The position numbers and the translations under genes are program-made. The notes beneath the pieces were generated by a model. It saw only the letters and a list, made by a program, of their open reading frames with translations. It did not search any database and was not told where the DNA came from. Below are positions 16,889 to 27,252 of a stretch of DNA of 51,874 nt, one piece after another. The stretch is from an uncultured Gammaproteobacteria bacterium. GTDB taxonomy: Bacteria; Pseudomonadota; Gammaproteobacteria; Pseudomonadales; UBA5518. The DNA lies in contig CAJADV010000048.1 in assembly GCA_903938575.1 (NCBI GenBank), positions 1-51,874 on the forward strand. Reading direction: 5' to 3'. Positions within the stretch are counted from its first letter, which is position 1. The number at the start of each line of letters is the position of its first letter.

Positions 16889-17230
16889 TCAGACGTAGAT
16901 ATCGATGCCCAGCAATTCGCCGTAAGACGGATCGGTGAGGGTGCCGTTCTTGACGTTCAGATAGGCCGCTATGCCGGGGCGGACAGCCTCGTCGACCACC
17001 TGGCTGAGACGGATACGCTCAGGACGCGCCTCGCGTGCGGGGGCGACTTCGCTGATGCGCTGAGCGGAGAGGGGCTCTGCCTCGACGCGGGAGAAGGAAT
17101 CGGGGGCAGGCTCTTCGCGGGCCTCCGTCGCCTCGCGACGACGCGCAGACAGCGCAGCGCGCTGGGCCTCGAGCCCGAAGCCGCCCACGCCGGATGCTGT
17201 GGACCCAATTCCGATAGCCACCGTTGCCAA
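16889..17230 (-). CDS. hypothetical protein
   Basis: 113-codon ORF with GC3-rich codon usage. It contains no ATG, so the start must be TTG 17230 or GTG 17224. No family recognised. A GGCGCG/CGCGCC hairpin (16874-16888) abuts its stop. Confidence 0.4.
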   Translation of the reverse strand: MATVAIGIGSTASGVGGFGLEAQRAALSARRREATEAREEPAPDSFSRVEAEPLSAQRISEVAPAREARPERIRLSQVVDEAVRPGIAAYLNVKNGTLTDPSYGELLGIDIYV

Positions 17231-17280
17231 GTATCCCGACCGAAGGGGCGGCGCGAGTATATCAGCAGATGTTCCCGAAC

Positions 17281-17988
17281 TCAGCCACGGGATGCGGCCT
17301 GGGCCTCGCGGGTCTTCCAGGCCGAGACGCCGCGCACATAAGCGGGTTCGGCGTCCCGGGCGGCGATCCAGAAGGCCGGATCCAGCGCCGCTGCGATGGT
17401 CAGCACGCGGGCTGCGGCGGGGCCCGCGGCGTCATCGAGTCGCGCATCAGGCGGACGAATCGAGGGGTACTGCGTCCAGCCATCGCCCGCCAACACGGTG
17501 GTAGCGGGATCGCACGCCTCAGGGAAGGCATAGCCGTCGACCCGGGCCAGCGGCGGCAGCGGAAGCGGCAAGACGTCATCGCCGTGTCGTACGAAGGCCG
17601 CGCAGTAGATCTCGCCCATGTGCGCATCAACGGCCACGGCGACATGCGTCTCGACACCCCGGCAGGAGGCCTCGAGATGCGCATCAAGCGCGATAGCCTG
17701 CAGCGAGCACACCGGAATCAGCGGACGGGACAACGCGAAACCCAAGCCTTGGGCAAAGGCTACGGCGATACGAACACCGGTGAAGGAACCCGGGCCGCGT
17801 CCGAACGCGATCGCATCCAGCGCCTGCGGCGAGAGACCCGCCTCGGCCAGCAGTTCTGCCGCGAGCGGCAGTATCAGCGCATGGTGTTCGCGCGGTCGCT
17901 CAAGATTGCGTTCGAGGAGGAATCGACCATCACCGAGTGCCACGCAACAGCGCGGGCCGGAGGCCTCGATGGCGAGGATCAGGGGCAT
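17281..17988 (-). CDS. tsaB: tRNA threonylcarbamoyladenosine biosynthesis protein TsaB (YeaZ)
   Basis: MPLILAIEASGPRCCVALGDG...GRGPGSFTGVRIAVAFAQG is the typical TsaB/YeaZ pattern. Confidence 0.88.
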   Translation of the reverse strand: MPLILAIEASGPRCCVALGDGRFLLERNLERPREHHALILPLAAELLAEAGLSPQALDAIAFGRGPGSFTGVRIAVAFAQGLGFALSRPLIPVCSLQAIALDAHLEASCRGVETHVAVAVDAHMGEIYCAAFVRHGDDVLPLPLPPLARVDGYAFPEACDPATTVLAGDGWTQYPSIRPPDARLDDAAGPAAARVLTIAAALDPAFWIAARDAEPAYVRGVSAWKTREAQAASRG

Positions 17989-18020
17989 CGGCGCGTCACT
18001 TCTGGGAGGTGAGTGGCGGT

Positions 18021-18063
18021 AAAACAGAAAGGCCCGCGGATCGGCATACCGATCACGCGGGCC
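18021..18063 (-). terminator. rho-independent terminator after the H1-like gene
   Basis: Stem GGCCCGCGGATCGG (18031-44), loop CATA, then CCGATC-A-CGCGGGCC (18049-63). On the minus strand the hairpin is followed by TTTCTGTTTT (18030-18021). Confidence 0.7.
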
Positions 18064-18085
18064 CGGGGGGCTCTCGCCGCGGAGT

Positions 18086-18517
18086 TCAGGCCGCAGCTAC
18101 TGCCGCTGGTGCCGCCGGCGCGACAACAGGCGCTGCAACCTTGGGCTTGCGTGCCGCAGGCTTGCGCTTGGCACCCTTTTTCTTGGTTGCGGCAAGCTTG
18201 GCCGCATGACGCTTCTTCGCCTCGGCAAGGCGCTTGGCGTTGTGACGCGCACGCTGCTTCACGAACGCAGCCTTGGTTTTCTCGACGAGCTTGCCCAAAT
18301 CGGCACGGGCGCGTTTCTCGAGATCCTTGGCAAGTCCCTTGAGGGCTTTCTCGGCGTCTTTCTCAAGCTGCATCACGCGCTCGGCAAGCGTCGGTGCAGG
18401 CTTCTTCTTGCTCGCGGGCTTCTTCTTGGCCGCTGCCTTTTTGGGCGCTGCCTTGGCTGCAGCCGGCTTCTTGGCGGCAGGTTTTTTAACGGCTTTTTTC
18501 GCGGGTTTCGTGGCCAT
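18086..18517 (-). CDS. Lys/Ala-rich histone H1-like (AlgP-like) basic protein
   Basis: ATG 18517 has a GAGGAG RBS. The ends are MATKPAKKAVKKPAAKKPAAAKAAPKKAAAKKKPASKKKP... and ...KKKGAKRKPAARKPKVAAP, flanking a helical middle segment. Confidence 0.75.
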   Translation of the reverse strand: MATKPAKKAVKKPAAKKPAAAKAAPKKAAAKKKPASKKKPAPTLAERVMQLEKDAEKALKGLAKDLEKRARADLGKLVEKTKAAFVKQRARHNAKRLAEAKKRHAAKLAATKKKGAKRKPAARKPKVAAPVVAPAAPAAVAAA

Positions 18518-18582
18518 CCTGAGACTCCTCGTGTTTATCGGTCGTGGACGCTGTCGATACGCTTCGATGCAGAGTCGAAGAG

Positions 18583-18612
18583 ACCATAGCACACGCCCGA
18601 AATTACGAGCAA
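18583..18612 (-). promoter_or_regulatory. candidate sigma70 promoter for the H1-like gene
   Basis: The minus strand reads TTGCTC (18612-07), an 18-nt spacer, then TGc-TATGGT (extended -10; hexamer 18588-83). A CTTCGA/TCGAAG hairpin lies in the predicted 5' UTR. Confidence 0.35.
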
Positions 18613-18625
18613 TCCGCGGCGACGA

Positions 18626-19639
18626 TCAGCTGATCCCGAGCGCAGCACGCGCTACCGCGGCCAGCATGGCGACGTGATCGGCGCGTTCGTTCAGGCAGGG
18701 GATATAACGGTACTCGCGCCCACCGCTTTCGATGAACAACTCGCGATTGGCAATGGCCATTTCCTCGAGCGTCTCGAGGCAGTCGGCGGAGAAGGCCGGA
18801 CAGATCACGTCCACCGCGTCGATGCCCTCGCGCGCGAGCCGGCGCAGCGTCTCGTCGGTATAAGGCTGCAGCCATTTCTGGCGACCGAACCGTGACTGGA
18901 ATGCCAGCGTCCATTCTTCAGGCCGCAACTGCAGCGCCTCGGCAAGCAACTCGCCGGTGCGCAGCGACTGCTGCTGATAGGGGTCACCCTTGCGGACGTT
19001 GACCTCCGGAATGCCATGGAAAGACAGCAGGAGGTGCCCGGAGTTGCCGTGCGTCGCGCGGTACTCGCGCACGCTCGCCGCCAGTGCCTCGATGTAGCCG
19101 GGATGGTCGTGGTAGTCGCGCACCAGGGCGAAATGCGGCAGAGGACGCGAGGCCTGCATGAAGCGCGCGACCTGGTCGAAGACCGCTGCGGTGGTGGTGG
19201 CCGAGTACTGTGGATAGAGCGGCAGCACACAGACGCGCTGCACGCCCGCCTCGAGCATTTCGCGCAACACGTCTGAGATGACCGGACCCTGGTAACTCAT
19301 GGCAAGCCGGACCCAGGGCGCCCGATCGCCCAGCGTATCCCGCAGCGCATCCTGCAGTGCGGCACGCTGGCGTTCGCTCACCGCGCGCAGCGGTGAGTCG
19401 CCATCCCAGATGGTCTCGTAGGCATGGGCCACGCGGGCCGCCCGCAGGGGGATCACGATGCCGCGCAGGATCGGCTGCCACAGCAGCGCCGGCAGCTCGA
19501 CGACGCGACGGTCAGAGAGGAACTCAGCCAGGAACGCGCTGACCGCCGCGCGGGTGGGCGCGCGCGGCGTGCCCAGGTTCACCAGCATCACAGCCGTGTC
19601 GGGGGCCCATGCGGGCAACAAGGTTTGGTCCTTGCTCAT
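18626..19639 (-). CDS. hemH: ferrochelatase
   Basis: 337 aa. VMLVNLGTPRAPT..., YPQYSATTT and the C-terminal CLETLEE region are typical of HemH. Confidence 0.92.
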   Translation of the reverse strand: MSKDQTLLPAWAPDTAVMLVNLGTPRAPTRAAVSAFLAEFLSDRRVVELPALLWQPILRGIVIPLRAARVAHAYETIWDGDSPLRAVSERQRAALQDALRDTLGDRAPWVRLAMSYQGPVISDVLREMLEAGVQRVCVLPLYPQYSATTTAAVFDQVARFMQASRPLPHFALVRDYHDHPGYIEALAASVREYRATHGNSGHLLLSFHGIPEVNVRKGDPYQQQSLRTGELLAEALQLRPEEWTLAFQSRFGRQKWLQPYTDETLRRLAREGIDAVDVICPAFSADCLETLEEMAIANRELFIESGGREYRYIPCLNERADHVAMLAAVARAALGIS

Positions 19640-19676
19640 GCGGCAATCCAGAGTGGGAGAAAACGCGCTGCGGTGT

Positions 19677-20378
<702 letters not shown>

Positions 20379-20438
20379 TTACTGAATCGTTATGACGCGG
20401 ACATTACAGACCCGCGGGGCCCTAAACAAGCCGCCGGG

Positions 20439-21275
20439 CTACCCGACCCGCACCTTCGCCTCGCGCCACAGCGCATCCAGAACCTCGGGCTCACGGCCCG
20501 CGAGCGCCTCGCCCCGCTCGCCAACGACGCTCTCCATGGCCCGGAAACGCCGCTCGAACTTGGCGCTGGCGTGCCGCAGCGCAGACTCGGCATCTACGCC
20601 AAGATGCCGCGCGAGGTTCACGCAGGTGAACAAAAGGTCCCCGAGCTCGTCCTCGCAGGCCTTCGTATCGCCCGCCTGCATCGCCTCGACGAGCTCAGCC
20701 ACTTCCTCGTCGAGCTTCTCCAGTACGCCGTCCCGGTGCTGCCAGTCGAAGCCTTCGCGGGCGGCTCGCCGCTGCAATTTTTCGGCACGGGCGAGAGCCG
20801 GCAGATTGGCAGGCACATCGTCCAGCGCCCCGAAGCGGGCACGTGCATGACGGTCTTCCTGCTTGATGCTCTCCCAGCGCTCCCTGATGCCGGCCGTGTC
20901 GGGGATCGGACCGGGCGCCCGGACACTGGCCAGGGTTCCATCGGGAAACACGTGCGGATGCCGGCGCAGGAGCTTGCGGACAATGGCATCGCTCACATCA
21001 TCGAGGTCAAAATCACCCCGCTCGGCGGCGATCTGGGCGTAGAAGACCGCCTGAAAAAGATAGTCTCCCAGCTCATCGCGCACCTCCTCGGGCTCGCCGC
21101 GCTCCACGGCATCGGCCAGTTCATAGGCTTCCTCGAGTGTGTGCCGCACCAGGCTCCGCGCATCCTGGGCGAGATCCCAAGGGCAGCCGGTCTCCGGGTC
21201 GCGCAGGCGACGCATGAGTTCGCGCAGATCCGCAAAGCCGTGACGTGACATGGATGTCTCCGGTGGTGGGTTCAT
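20439..21275 (-). CDS. mazG: nucleoside triphosphate pyrophosphohydrolase MazG
   Basis: LRDPETGCPWDLAQ, EEAYELADA and two EELGDLLF-type repeats. ATG 21275 forms an ATGA overlap with the relA stop. An alternative ATG lies at 21251. Confidence 0.9.
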   Translation of the reverse strand: MNPPPETSMSRHGFADLRELMRRLRDPETGCPWDLAQDARSLVRHTLEEAYELADAVERGEPEEVRDELGDYLFQAVFYAQIAAERGDFDLDDVSDAIVRKLLRRHPHVFPDGTLASVRAPGPIPDTAGIRERWESIKQEDRHARARFGALDDVPANLPALARAEKLQRRAAREGFDWQHRDGVLEKLDEEVAELVEAMQAGDTKACEDELGDLLFTCVNLARHLGVDAESALRHASAKFERRFRAMESVVGERGEALAGREPEVLDALWREAKVRVG

Positions 21276-23488
21276 TCGAGATGACGGACGGCGCTAACCA
21301 CGCCGTCGATGCGGCGGATACGCTCGAGCATGCGACCCAGAGCCCCCAGCGAGCCGATCTCGATGGTGAGACGCACGGTCGCGAGGCGACGGTGGCGGTC
21401 CACCGTGGTGCCCAGGTCCAGCACGTTGATGCGCTCGTTGCCCAGCAGGTTCACCAGATCGCGCAGCAGTCCGGGCCGGTCCTGCGCCACCACCTTCACG
21501 GCAACGGCGTGCAGCCGCGGCTGTTCGCCCTGCCAGGCGACCTCCATGATGCGCGCGGGCGCACTGCGGGCAAGCGAGAGCAGTTTGCTGCAGTCGGCGC
21601 GGTGCACGCTCACGCCACGACCACCGGTGACGTAGCCGGATATCGCATCCCCGGGAAGCGGCCGGCAGCAGCCGGCGAACTGCGTGAGGAGGTTGTCGAC
21701 GCCGGCAACTGTGACTGCAGCCTTGCCCGTCGGCCGTGGCGCTGGCCGGACCGGTTGCGCCGGCAGCGTGTCGGCTTCGGCAGGCGCCAGCGCGCCGAGC
21801 AATTGCGCCGTAGTGATATCGCCGCGTCCCAGGCCTTCCAGCAGGTCCTCGGCCGCGGGTTGCCCGAGCGAGCGCGCCAGCGCGGCAAGCGGCGGTGCGG
21901 GGATAGACAGACGCTTCAGCTCCCGCTCGAGGATACTGCGCCCGACCCCCAGGTGCTGCTCGCGATCCTGCTCGCGAAACCAGTGCCGGATCTTGGCGCG
22001 CGCGCGGGCCGTGTGGACGAACTCGTTGCCCGAACGAAGCCACTCCCGGTTGGGGGCAGCCACCTTGCCGCGCATGATCTCGACACGTTCGCCGGTGGCA
22101 AGCGGATGCTCCAGGCTGACGATGCGACCGTCGACGCGTGCGCCCCGACAGCGATGACCGAGTTCGGTGTGCACCTGATAGGCGAAATCCACCGCCGTCG
22201 CGCCACGCGGCAGATCGACTACGTGACCCTCCGGCGTGAGCACATACACACGCTCCTCGCCCGCCTCGCGCCGCAGGTGTTCGGAGACGATGTCGCCAGC
22301 GTCGAGTTCCTCTCCCCAACCGAGTACCTGTCGCAGCCAGCCGATTTTTTCGGCGTAGCCACCGGCTCCGTCGCGGGCATCCACGCCCTTGTAATGCCAG
22401 TGGGCGCAAATGCCGAACTCGGCCTCGCGGTGCATGTCGGCCGTACGGATCTGCACTTCGAGTACCTTGCCACCCTCCCCCATCACGGCAGTGTGCAGCG
22501 AGCGATAGCCGTTTGGCTTGGGATTGGCGATGTAGTCATCGAACTCACCCGGAAGGTTGCGCCACAGGCCGTGGACGGTGCCGAGGGCGGAATAACATTC
22601 CGTGGGCCCCGCCACCATCACGCGCAGCGCGCGGACATCGTAGACCTCGGAGATCTCGAGCCCCTTGCGCTGCATCTTGCGCCAGATGCTGTAGAGGTGT
22701 TTCACGCGGCCCGAGACATGCGCCTCGATGCCGGCTGCCGCCAGTGCGGCACCCAGCCGCGCCGAGGCCTCCCCGATGAAACGCTCGCGATCAGTGCGAC
22801 GCTCATCGAGCAGCGCGGCGATGCGACGGTACTCTGCGGGGTGGATATGGCGAAAAGCGAGATCCTCGATCTCCCACTTGATCTGCCCTACGCCCAGGCG
22901 ATGCGCGAGCGGGGCGTAGATGTCCATCGCCTCGCGGGCGAGCTTCACCGCGACGGGCCCGGTGTCGCGTGTACCGAGCGAACGCAGCGCCTGCACGCGC
23001 TCGGCGAGTTTCACCAGCGCGACGCGTGGATCATCGATCAGCGACACCAGCATGCGCCGGAGCTTCTCGCCCTGACGCTCACGGCTGGCAAGGCTGCCGC
23101 GACCGGCACCCTCATCGGGACCCACATGGAGGGCATCCATGCGCTGCACGCCCGCGAGCAGTCGCGCGCAGGTCTCGCCTTCGGCCCCGCGGATCGTTTC
23201 CAGCGAGAGCTTGCCCTCGAGCATGGGCACGCAAAACAACCCCGCCACCAGCGCCTCGTCGTCCAGCCCGAGCAGCGCGAGGATCTCGAGTATGTCCAGA
23301 GCGGTGCGCAGGCGCGGCGAGGGCCCGGTGCCAGCTTGCGCAGGGTAGAGGGCAAACACGCCCTCGATCGCAGTCTGCAGCCGTTGCGTTTCACCACGCA
23401 GGCGCAGCGAGGCGATGGCCTCGAGCACCCCCGCCGCCGTATCAGGCAGGCTTTGAGGGAGAGAGTGGGCCTCGCGGATCCGGACCAT
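21272..23488 (-). CDS. relA: GTP pyrophosphokinase (RelA-type (p)ppGpp synthetase)
   Basis: 738 aa. Synthetase region RVKHLYSIWRKMQRK...DVRALRVMV...YRSLHT, TGS and C-terminal ACT-like regions. The N-terminal HD motif is degenerate. relA-mazG adjacency matches E. coli. Confidence 0.9.
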   Translation of the reverse strand: MVRIREAHSLPQSLPDTAAGVLEAIASLRLRGETQRLQTAIEGVFALYPAQAGTGPSPRLRTALDILEILALLGLDDEALVAGLFCVPMLEGKLSLETIRGAEGETCARLLAGVQRMDALHVGPDEGAGRGSLASRERQGEKLRRMLVSLIDDPRVALVKLAERVQALRSLGTRDTGPVAVKLAREAMDIYAPLAHRLGVGQIKWEIEDLAFRHIHPAEYRRIAALLDERRTDRERFIGEASARLGAALAAAGIEAHVSGRVKHLYSIWRKMQRKGLEISEVYDVRALRVMVAGPTECYSALGTVHGLWRNLPGEFDDYIANPKPNGYRSLHTAVMGEGGKVLEVQIRTADMHREAEFGICAHWHYKGVDARDGAGGYAEKIGWLRQVLGWGEELDAGDIVSEHLRREAGEERVYVLTPEGHVVDLPRGATAVDFAYQVHTELGHRCRGARVDGRIVSLEHPLATGERVEIMRGKVAAPNREWLRSGNEFVHTARARAKIRHWFREQDREQHLGVGRSILERELKRLSIPAPPLAALARSLGQPAAEDLLEGLGRGDITTAQLLGALAPAEADTLPAQPVRPAPRPTGKAAVTVAGVDNLLTQFAGCCRPLPGDAISGYVTGGRGVSVHRADCSKLLSLARSAPARIMEVAWQGEQPRLHAVAVKVVAQDRPGLLRDLVNLLGNERINVLDLGTTVDRHRRLATVRLTIEIGSLGALGRMLERIRRIDGVVSAVRHLE

Positions 23489-23502
23489 CTGCGCCGCGCC
23501 GC

Positions 23503-24441
23503 TCAGGCGGCGCCGAACACGCCAGTGGAGAGGTAACGGTCGCCGCGGTCGCAGATGATCGCAACGATGAGTGCGTTCTCGGTGCTTGCCGCAACACGTA
23601 GCGCACCGGCCACAGCCCCCCCCGCCGACACACCGCAGAGGATTCCCTCCTCCCGCCCGAGACGGCGCATGGTCTGCTCGGCCTCCGACTGGCCGATATC
23701 GAGCACCAGATCGACACGCGCCGGCTCGAAGATGCGGGGCAGGTAGGCCTCAGGCCAGCGACGGATCCCGGGAATGCTGGCGCCGGTTTCAGGCTGGAGT
23801 CCCACGATGCAGATATCGGGGTTGCGCTCCTTCAGGTAGCGCGACACGCCCATGATGGTGCCGGTGGTGCCCATGGAGCTCACGAAATGCGTGATCCGGC
23901 CCCCGGTCTGCTCCCAGAGTTCGGGCCCGGTGCTGCGGTAGTGGGCCAGCGGGTTGTCAGGGTTGGCGAATTGGTCGAGCACCTTGCCATGCCCTTCTGC
24001 CTGCATGCGTAGCGCCAGATCGCGCGCCTCTTCCATGCCTCCCTCGCGACTCACCTCGATCAGTTCGGCGCCATAGGCGCTCATGGAGAGCTTGCGCTCG
24101 GTGCTCATGTGCGAGGGCATGATCAGCACCATCTTGTAGCCGCGCATCGCGGCGACCATGGCGAGCGCGATGCCGGTGTTACCGCTGGTTGCCTCGATCA
24201 GGGTGTCGCCGGGGCAGATCTCGCCGCGCTGCTCGGCACCGAGAATCATGCCGAGAGCCGGCCGGTCCTTCACCGATCCGGCGGGGTTATCGCCCTCGAG
24301 CTTACCGAGGATGGTGTTGCCGCGCCCCGCCGTCATGCGCTGCAGGCGCACCAGCGGCGTGGCGCCCACGGTGGACTCCACAGTGGGGAACTCGGCGCCG
24401 GGTGCCGCGTCAAGTGGCCGGTGTTCCGGAGGCGTCTTCAT
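23503..24441 (-). CDS. cysM: cysteine synthase (CysM/CysK family, PLP-dependent)
   Basis: LEGDNPAGSVKDRPA (PLP lysine) and EATSGNTGIALA. ATG 24441 is preferred over the longer ORF that overlaps recO. Confidence 0.85.
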   Translation of the reverse strand: MKTPPEHRPLDAAPGAEFPTVESTVGATPLVRLQRMTAGRGNTILGKLEGDNPAGSVKDRPALGMILGAEQRGEICPGDTLIEATSGNTGIALAMVAAMRGYKMVLIMPSHMSTERKLSMSAYGAELIEVSREGGMEEARDLALRMQAEGHGKVLDQFANPDNPLAHYRSTGPELWEQTGGRITHFVSSMGTTGTIMGVSRYLKERNPDICIVGLQPETGASIPGIRRWPEAYLPRIFEPARVDLVLDIGQSEAEQTMRRLGREEGILCGVSAGGAVAGALRVAASTENALIVAIICDRGDRYLSTGVFGAA

Positions 24442-24448
24442 GGGCTTG

Positions 24449-25198
24449 CTACCGATCGGATTCCGGCTCCCATGATACCGGCGCGCGCGCAGGGCGGAAG
24501 TACTCACGGCTGCGCAGGGGGCGCTCGCCAATCACAGTGCCCAGCGCCTCGCGCATGAGCCGCCGGGCAAGGCGCCGGGTGACCGGATCAGCGTAGTCGC
24601 CCGCAGCCATCGCCACGATCGCCCAGCCGGGATAGGCGTGGGTCACGTCAATGCCGGGAGGCTGCGAGACAAAGCCGATCTCGGGGTCAAAGCCGTAGAA
24701 GGCCGTGGGTTCGAGCAGTTCACCGCCCGAGGCCTCGAAGCGAAGATCCACGCCGTAGCCGAGTTCGCGCAGCAACAGCAGTTCGAACTCCCGCAGCAGC
24801 GGCTCGTGATCGGCTGCCTCCGCGAGTCCTGGCAGGAGTGCGGCATAGGCATCGAAGATCGCCGCGTGCGGATCCTGCGGCGCCAGCGCCCGGACCAGCA
24901 CCTCGTTTATGTAAAGCGCACTGAACAGCCGTTCCCCCGCGACCATGGGCAGGAAAGCCGCCCGATCGGCGCCGGTGAGCGTCTTCAGATCGCCCCGCCC
25001 GGACCAGGAAATCACCAGTGACTGGAAAGGCTGCAGCAGGCTGCCAAGGCCCTTCCTGGAACCGCGAGCGCCGCGCGCCACCACGCCGATGCGTCCGAAA
25101 TCGCGCGTCAGCAGATCGAGCAGCAGACTGCTCTCGCGGTAAGCGCGGCTATGGAGTACGAAAGCGGGCTGGCGGTCGACCCGCACGGCGACGCTCAC
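24449..25198 (-). CDS. recO: DNA repair protein RecO
   Basis: QPAFVLHSRAYRESSLLLDLLTRDFGRIGVVARGARG matches the RecO N-terminal OB-fold pattern. It sits in the era-recO position. Confidence 0.9.
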   Translation of the reverse strand: MSVAVRVDRQPAFVLHSRAYRESSLLLDLLTRDFGRIGVVARGARGSRKGLGSLLQPFQSLVISWSGRGDLKTLTGADRAAFLPMVAGERLFSALYINEVLVRALAPQDPHAAIFDAYAALLPGLAEAADHEPLLREFELLLLRELGYGVDLRFEASGGELLEPTAFYGFDPEIGFVSQPPGIDVTHAYPGWAIVAMAAGDYADPVTRRLARRLMREALGTVIGERPLRSREYFRPARAPVSWEPESDR

Positions 25199-25202
25199 GG
25201 GC

Positions 25203-26099
25203 TCAGTTGTCCTCGCGGTAACCGAGGCTCGCGAGCGCGCGCTCGTCGTCAGCCCAGCCGCCGCGTACCTTGACCCACAGCCGCAGCATGACCTTGCGGC
25301 CGATCAGCCTCTCGATGTCGATACGCGCTTCCTGGCCCACGCGCTTCAGCCGGTCGCCGCCCTGCCCGATCACGATGGCCTTCTGGCCCTCTTTCTCGAC
25401 CAGTATCACGGCACCGATATGGGTGCTGCGCTCGCGCTCGCTGTACTCCTCGATCATCACCGCGTTGGCGTACGGCAACTCGGCGCCGAGCTGGCGCATG
25501 AGTTTCTCGCGCACGATCTCGGCGACCAGAAAGCGCTCGCTGCGGTCAGTGAGTTGGTCGGGGGGAAAAAGATGGGGTGCCTCGGGCAGGGAGTCGGCGA
25601 TCTGCTTCTCGAGAGCCTCGAGATTGTGTCCGCGCAAGGCTGAGACCGGCAGTACGGCCTGGAACAGGTTCATCTCGCCCAAACGGGCAATCTGGGGCAG
25701 CAGCTCTGCCTTGTCCTCCAGGCGATCGACCTTGTTCAGCAGAAGTAGCGCCGGCTTGCCGCTGGTCTGCACTTCAGCAAGCACCCGCTCATCGTCGTCG
25801 GTCCAGCGTGCGCGATCGACCACCATGAGCACCAGATCGACATCGCGCATGGCACTGAGCGCCGCGCGATTCATGGCCCGATTGAGGGCCCGGCCCTCGC
25901 CACGGTGCAGACCGGGGGTGTCGACGTAGATGATCTGCAGTTCGTCACGCGTGCTCACCCCGAGAATCCGGTGACGCGTGGTTTGCGGCTTGCGCGAGGT
26001 GATGCTGATTTTCTGGCCCAGCAAGTGATTGAGCAGCGTGGATTTGCCCACGTTGGGGCGCCCCACAATGGCGACCAGCCCGCAGCGTGTCGGTTTCAT
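25203..26099 (-). CDS. era: GTPase Era
   Basis: G1 motif [20 protein letters not shown] and a C-terminal KH domain. 4-nt overlap with rnc. Confidence 0.95.
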   Translation of the reverse strand: MKPTRCGLVAIVGRPNVGKSTLLNHLLGQKISITSRKPQTTRHRILGVSTRDELQIIYVDTPGLHRGEGRALNRAMNRAALSAMRDVDLVLMVVDRARWTDDDERVLAEVQTSGKPALLLLNKVDRLEDKAELLPQIARLGEMNLFQAVLPVSALRGHNLEALEKQIADSLPEAPHLFPPDQLTDRSERFLVAEIVREKLMRQLGAELPYANAVMIEEYSERERSTHIGAVILVEKEGQKAIVIGQGGDRLKRVGQEARIDIERLIGRKVMLRLWVKVRGGWADDERALASLGYREDN

Positions 26100-26797
26100 A
26101 GAGTGCTTCCCCGTGACTGTTGCAGGCGTTCGAGCGCGAGGCGCGCGGCCTGCTGCTCGGCAAGGCGGCGATTACGGCCAGTGCCGCCGACCGGTGTATC
26201 CAGACCCTCGACATGGCACTCGATGCGGCAGTCGCCACCGGCGGGATCGGGCATCGCGAGCACCTCGTAGCGCGGCAGCTGCTGTCGTCGCGCCTGCAGG
26301 AACTCCTGCAGCTCGGTCTTGGGGTCCTTGTGCGAGACGGCAGGGTCTTGCGCATCCAGGAGCGGTCCGAACCAACGCGACACCGCGGCGAGTGCCGCCT
26401 CCGTTCCGGCGTCCAGCTGGATGGCGGCGATCAGGGCCTCGACGGCATCGGCCAGGATCGAGTCGCGGTCGCGCCCGCCCGCCGAGGCCTCACCGCTGCC
26501 AAGGCGCAGACGCGCGCCGATACCGAGCTTGCGGGCAACTATTGCGAGGGTTTCCTGCCGCACCAGGTTCGCGCGCAGCCGGCTCAACTGGCCTTCGCGC
26601 AAATCCGGGTAGCGCGTATAGAGTTCTGCGGCGACCCCGAGGTTCAGCAACGCGTCGCCGAGGAATTCGAGCCGTTCGTTGTGCGTGGCGCCGAAACTCG
26701 GGTGCGTGAGCGCCAGCTCCAGCAGGTCTCTCCGGGAAAAGCGGTGACCGAGTGACGCCTCGAAACTGCCGCCGATCGGGCGGCCTGGCTCAGCCAC
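26096..26797 (-). CDS. rnc: ribonuclease III
   Basis: [13 protein letters not shown] signature plus a C-terminal dsRBD. There is no ATG near the expected start. The start is taken as GTG 26797 (or 26803), just upstream of or overlapping the DUF4845 gene stop. The track ORF to 26893 is too long. Confidence 0.88.
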   Translation of the reverse strand: MAEPGRPIGGSFEASLGHRFSRRDLLELALTHPSFGATHNERLEFLGDALLNLGVAAELYTRYPDLREGQLSRLRANLVRQETLAIVARKLGIGARLRLGSGEASAGGRDRDSILADAVEALIAAIQLDAGTEAALAAVSRWFGPLLDAQDPAVSHKDPKTELQEFLQARRQQLPRYEVLAMPDPAGGDCRIECHVEGLDTPVGGTGRNRRLAEQQAARLALERLQQSRGSTL

Positions 26798-27206
26798 CGG
26801 CACCGGGGATGGGGATCTCGACAAAATTGTCCTTGAAGACCACCACGGCGTCGATATTGGCAATGACGTGGACACGCGCCTCGTAATTGCCATCGATGCG
26901 CAGCATGGTCTTGGTTTTCTCGATCTTGAGGCAGGCTTTCTCTTTGTCGCGGCAAACCGCCTGAACGACGTCGATCTGGTTCACGTCGAACTTACGCTCG
27001 ATGGCCTGGCGGATCTCCATGACCGACTTCTGCGCGAGCTCAGGCTCGGTCTGCAGCGACTTGATGGTCGACTGCACAGAGAAATTGGTAATGAAGCGAG
27101 GCCCGATGGCAACCGCAATGGTAAGGCTTAGCCCCACCACCAGCAGCACGAGCAGAATCTGCCATGCCGACATGCCTTGCTGCAGTCTCCTGCCGGTGTG
27201 AGCCAT
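26790..27206 (-). CDS. DUF4845-family small membrane protein
   Basis: QQGMSAWQILLVLLVVGLSL TM anchor. It occupies the conserved lepB-(DUF4845)-rnc position seen in many Gammaproteobacteria. Confidence 0.7.
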   Translation of the reverse strand: MAHTGRRLQQGMSAWQILLVLLVVGLSLTIAVAIGPRFITNFSVQSTIKSLQTEPELAQKSVMEIRQAIERKFDVNQIDVVQAVCRDKEKACLKIEKTKTMLRIDGNYEARVHVIANIDAVVVFKDNFVEIPIPGAGG

Positions 27207-27252
27207 GTGCCTGTGTCCGATTTTGCCGAGTCGATCAGGAGTGTAGACGCAG

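Noticed and set aside
20401-20429. Possible adk promoter (minus strand TTGTTT-N17-TAATGT)
   Set aside because: The hexamer and spacing match is reasonable, but it begins only 10 nt after the mazG stop. Such matches occur by chance. I did not annotate it without transcription-start data.
21245-23536. 763-aa + strand ORF opposite relA
   Set aside because: RelA synthetase/TGS/ACT features are on the - strand. The + strand translation is His/Arg/Ala-rich with no motif.
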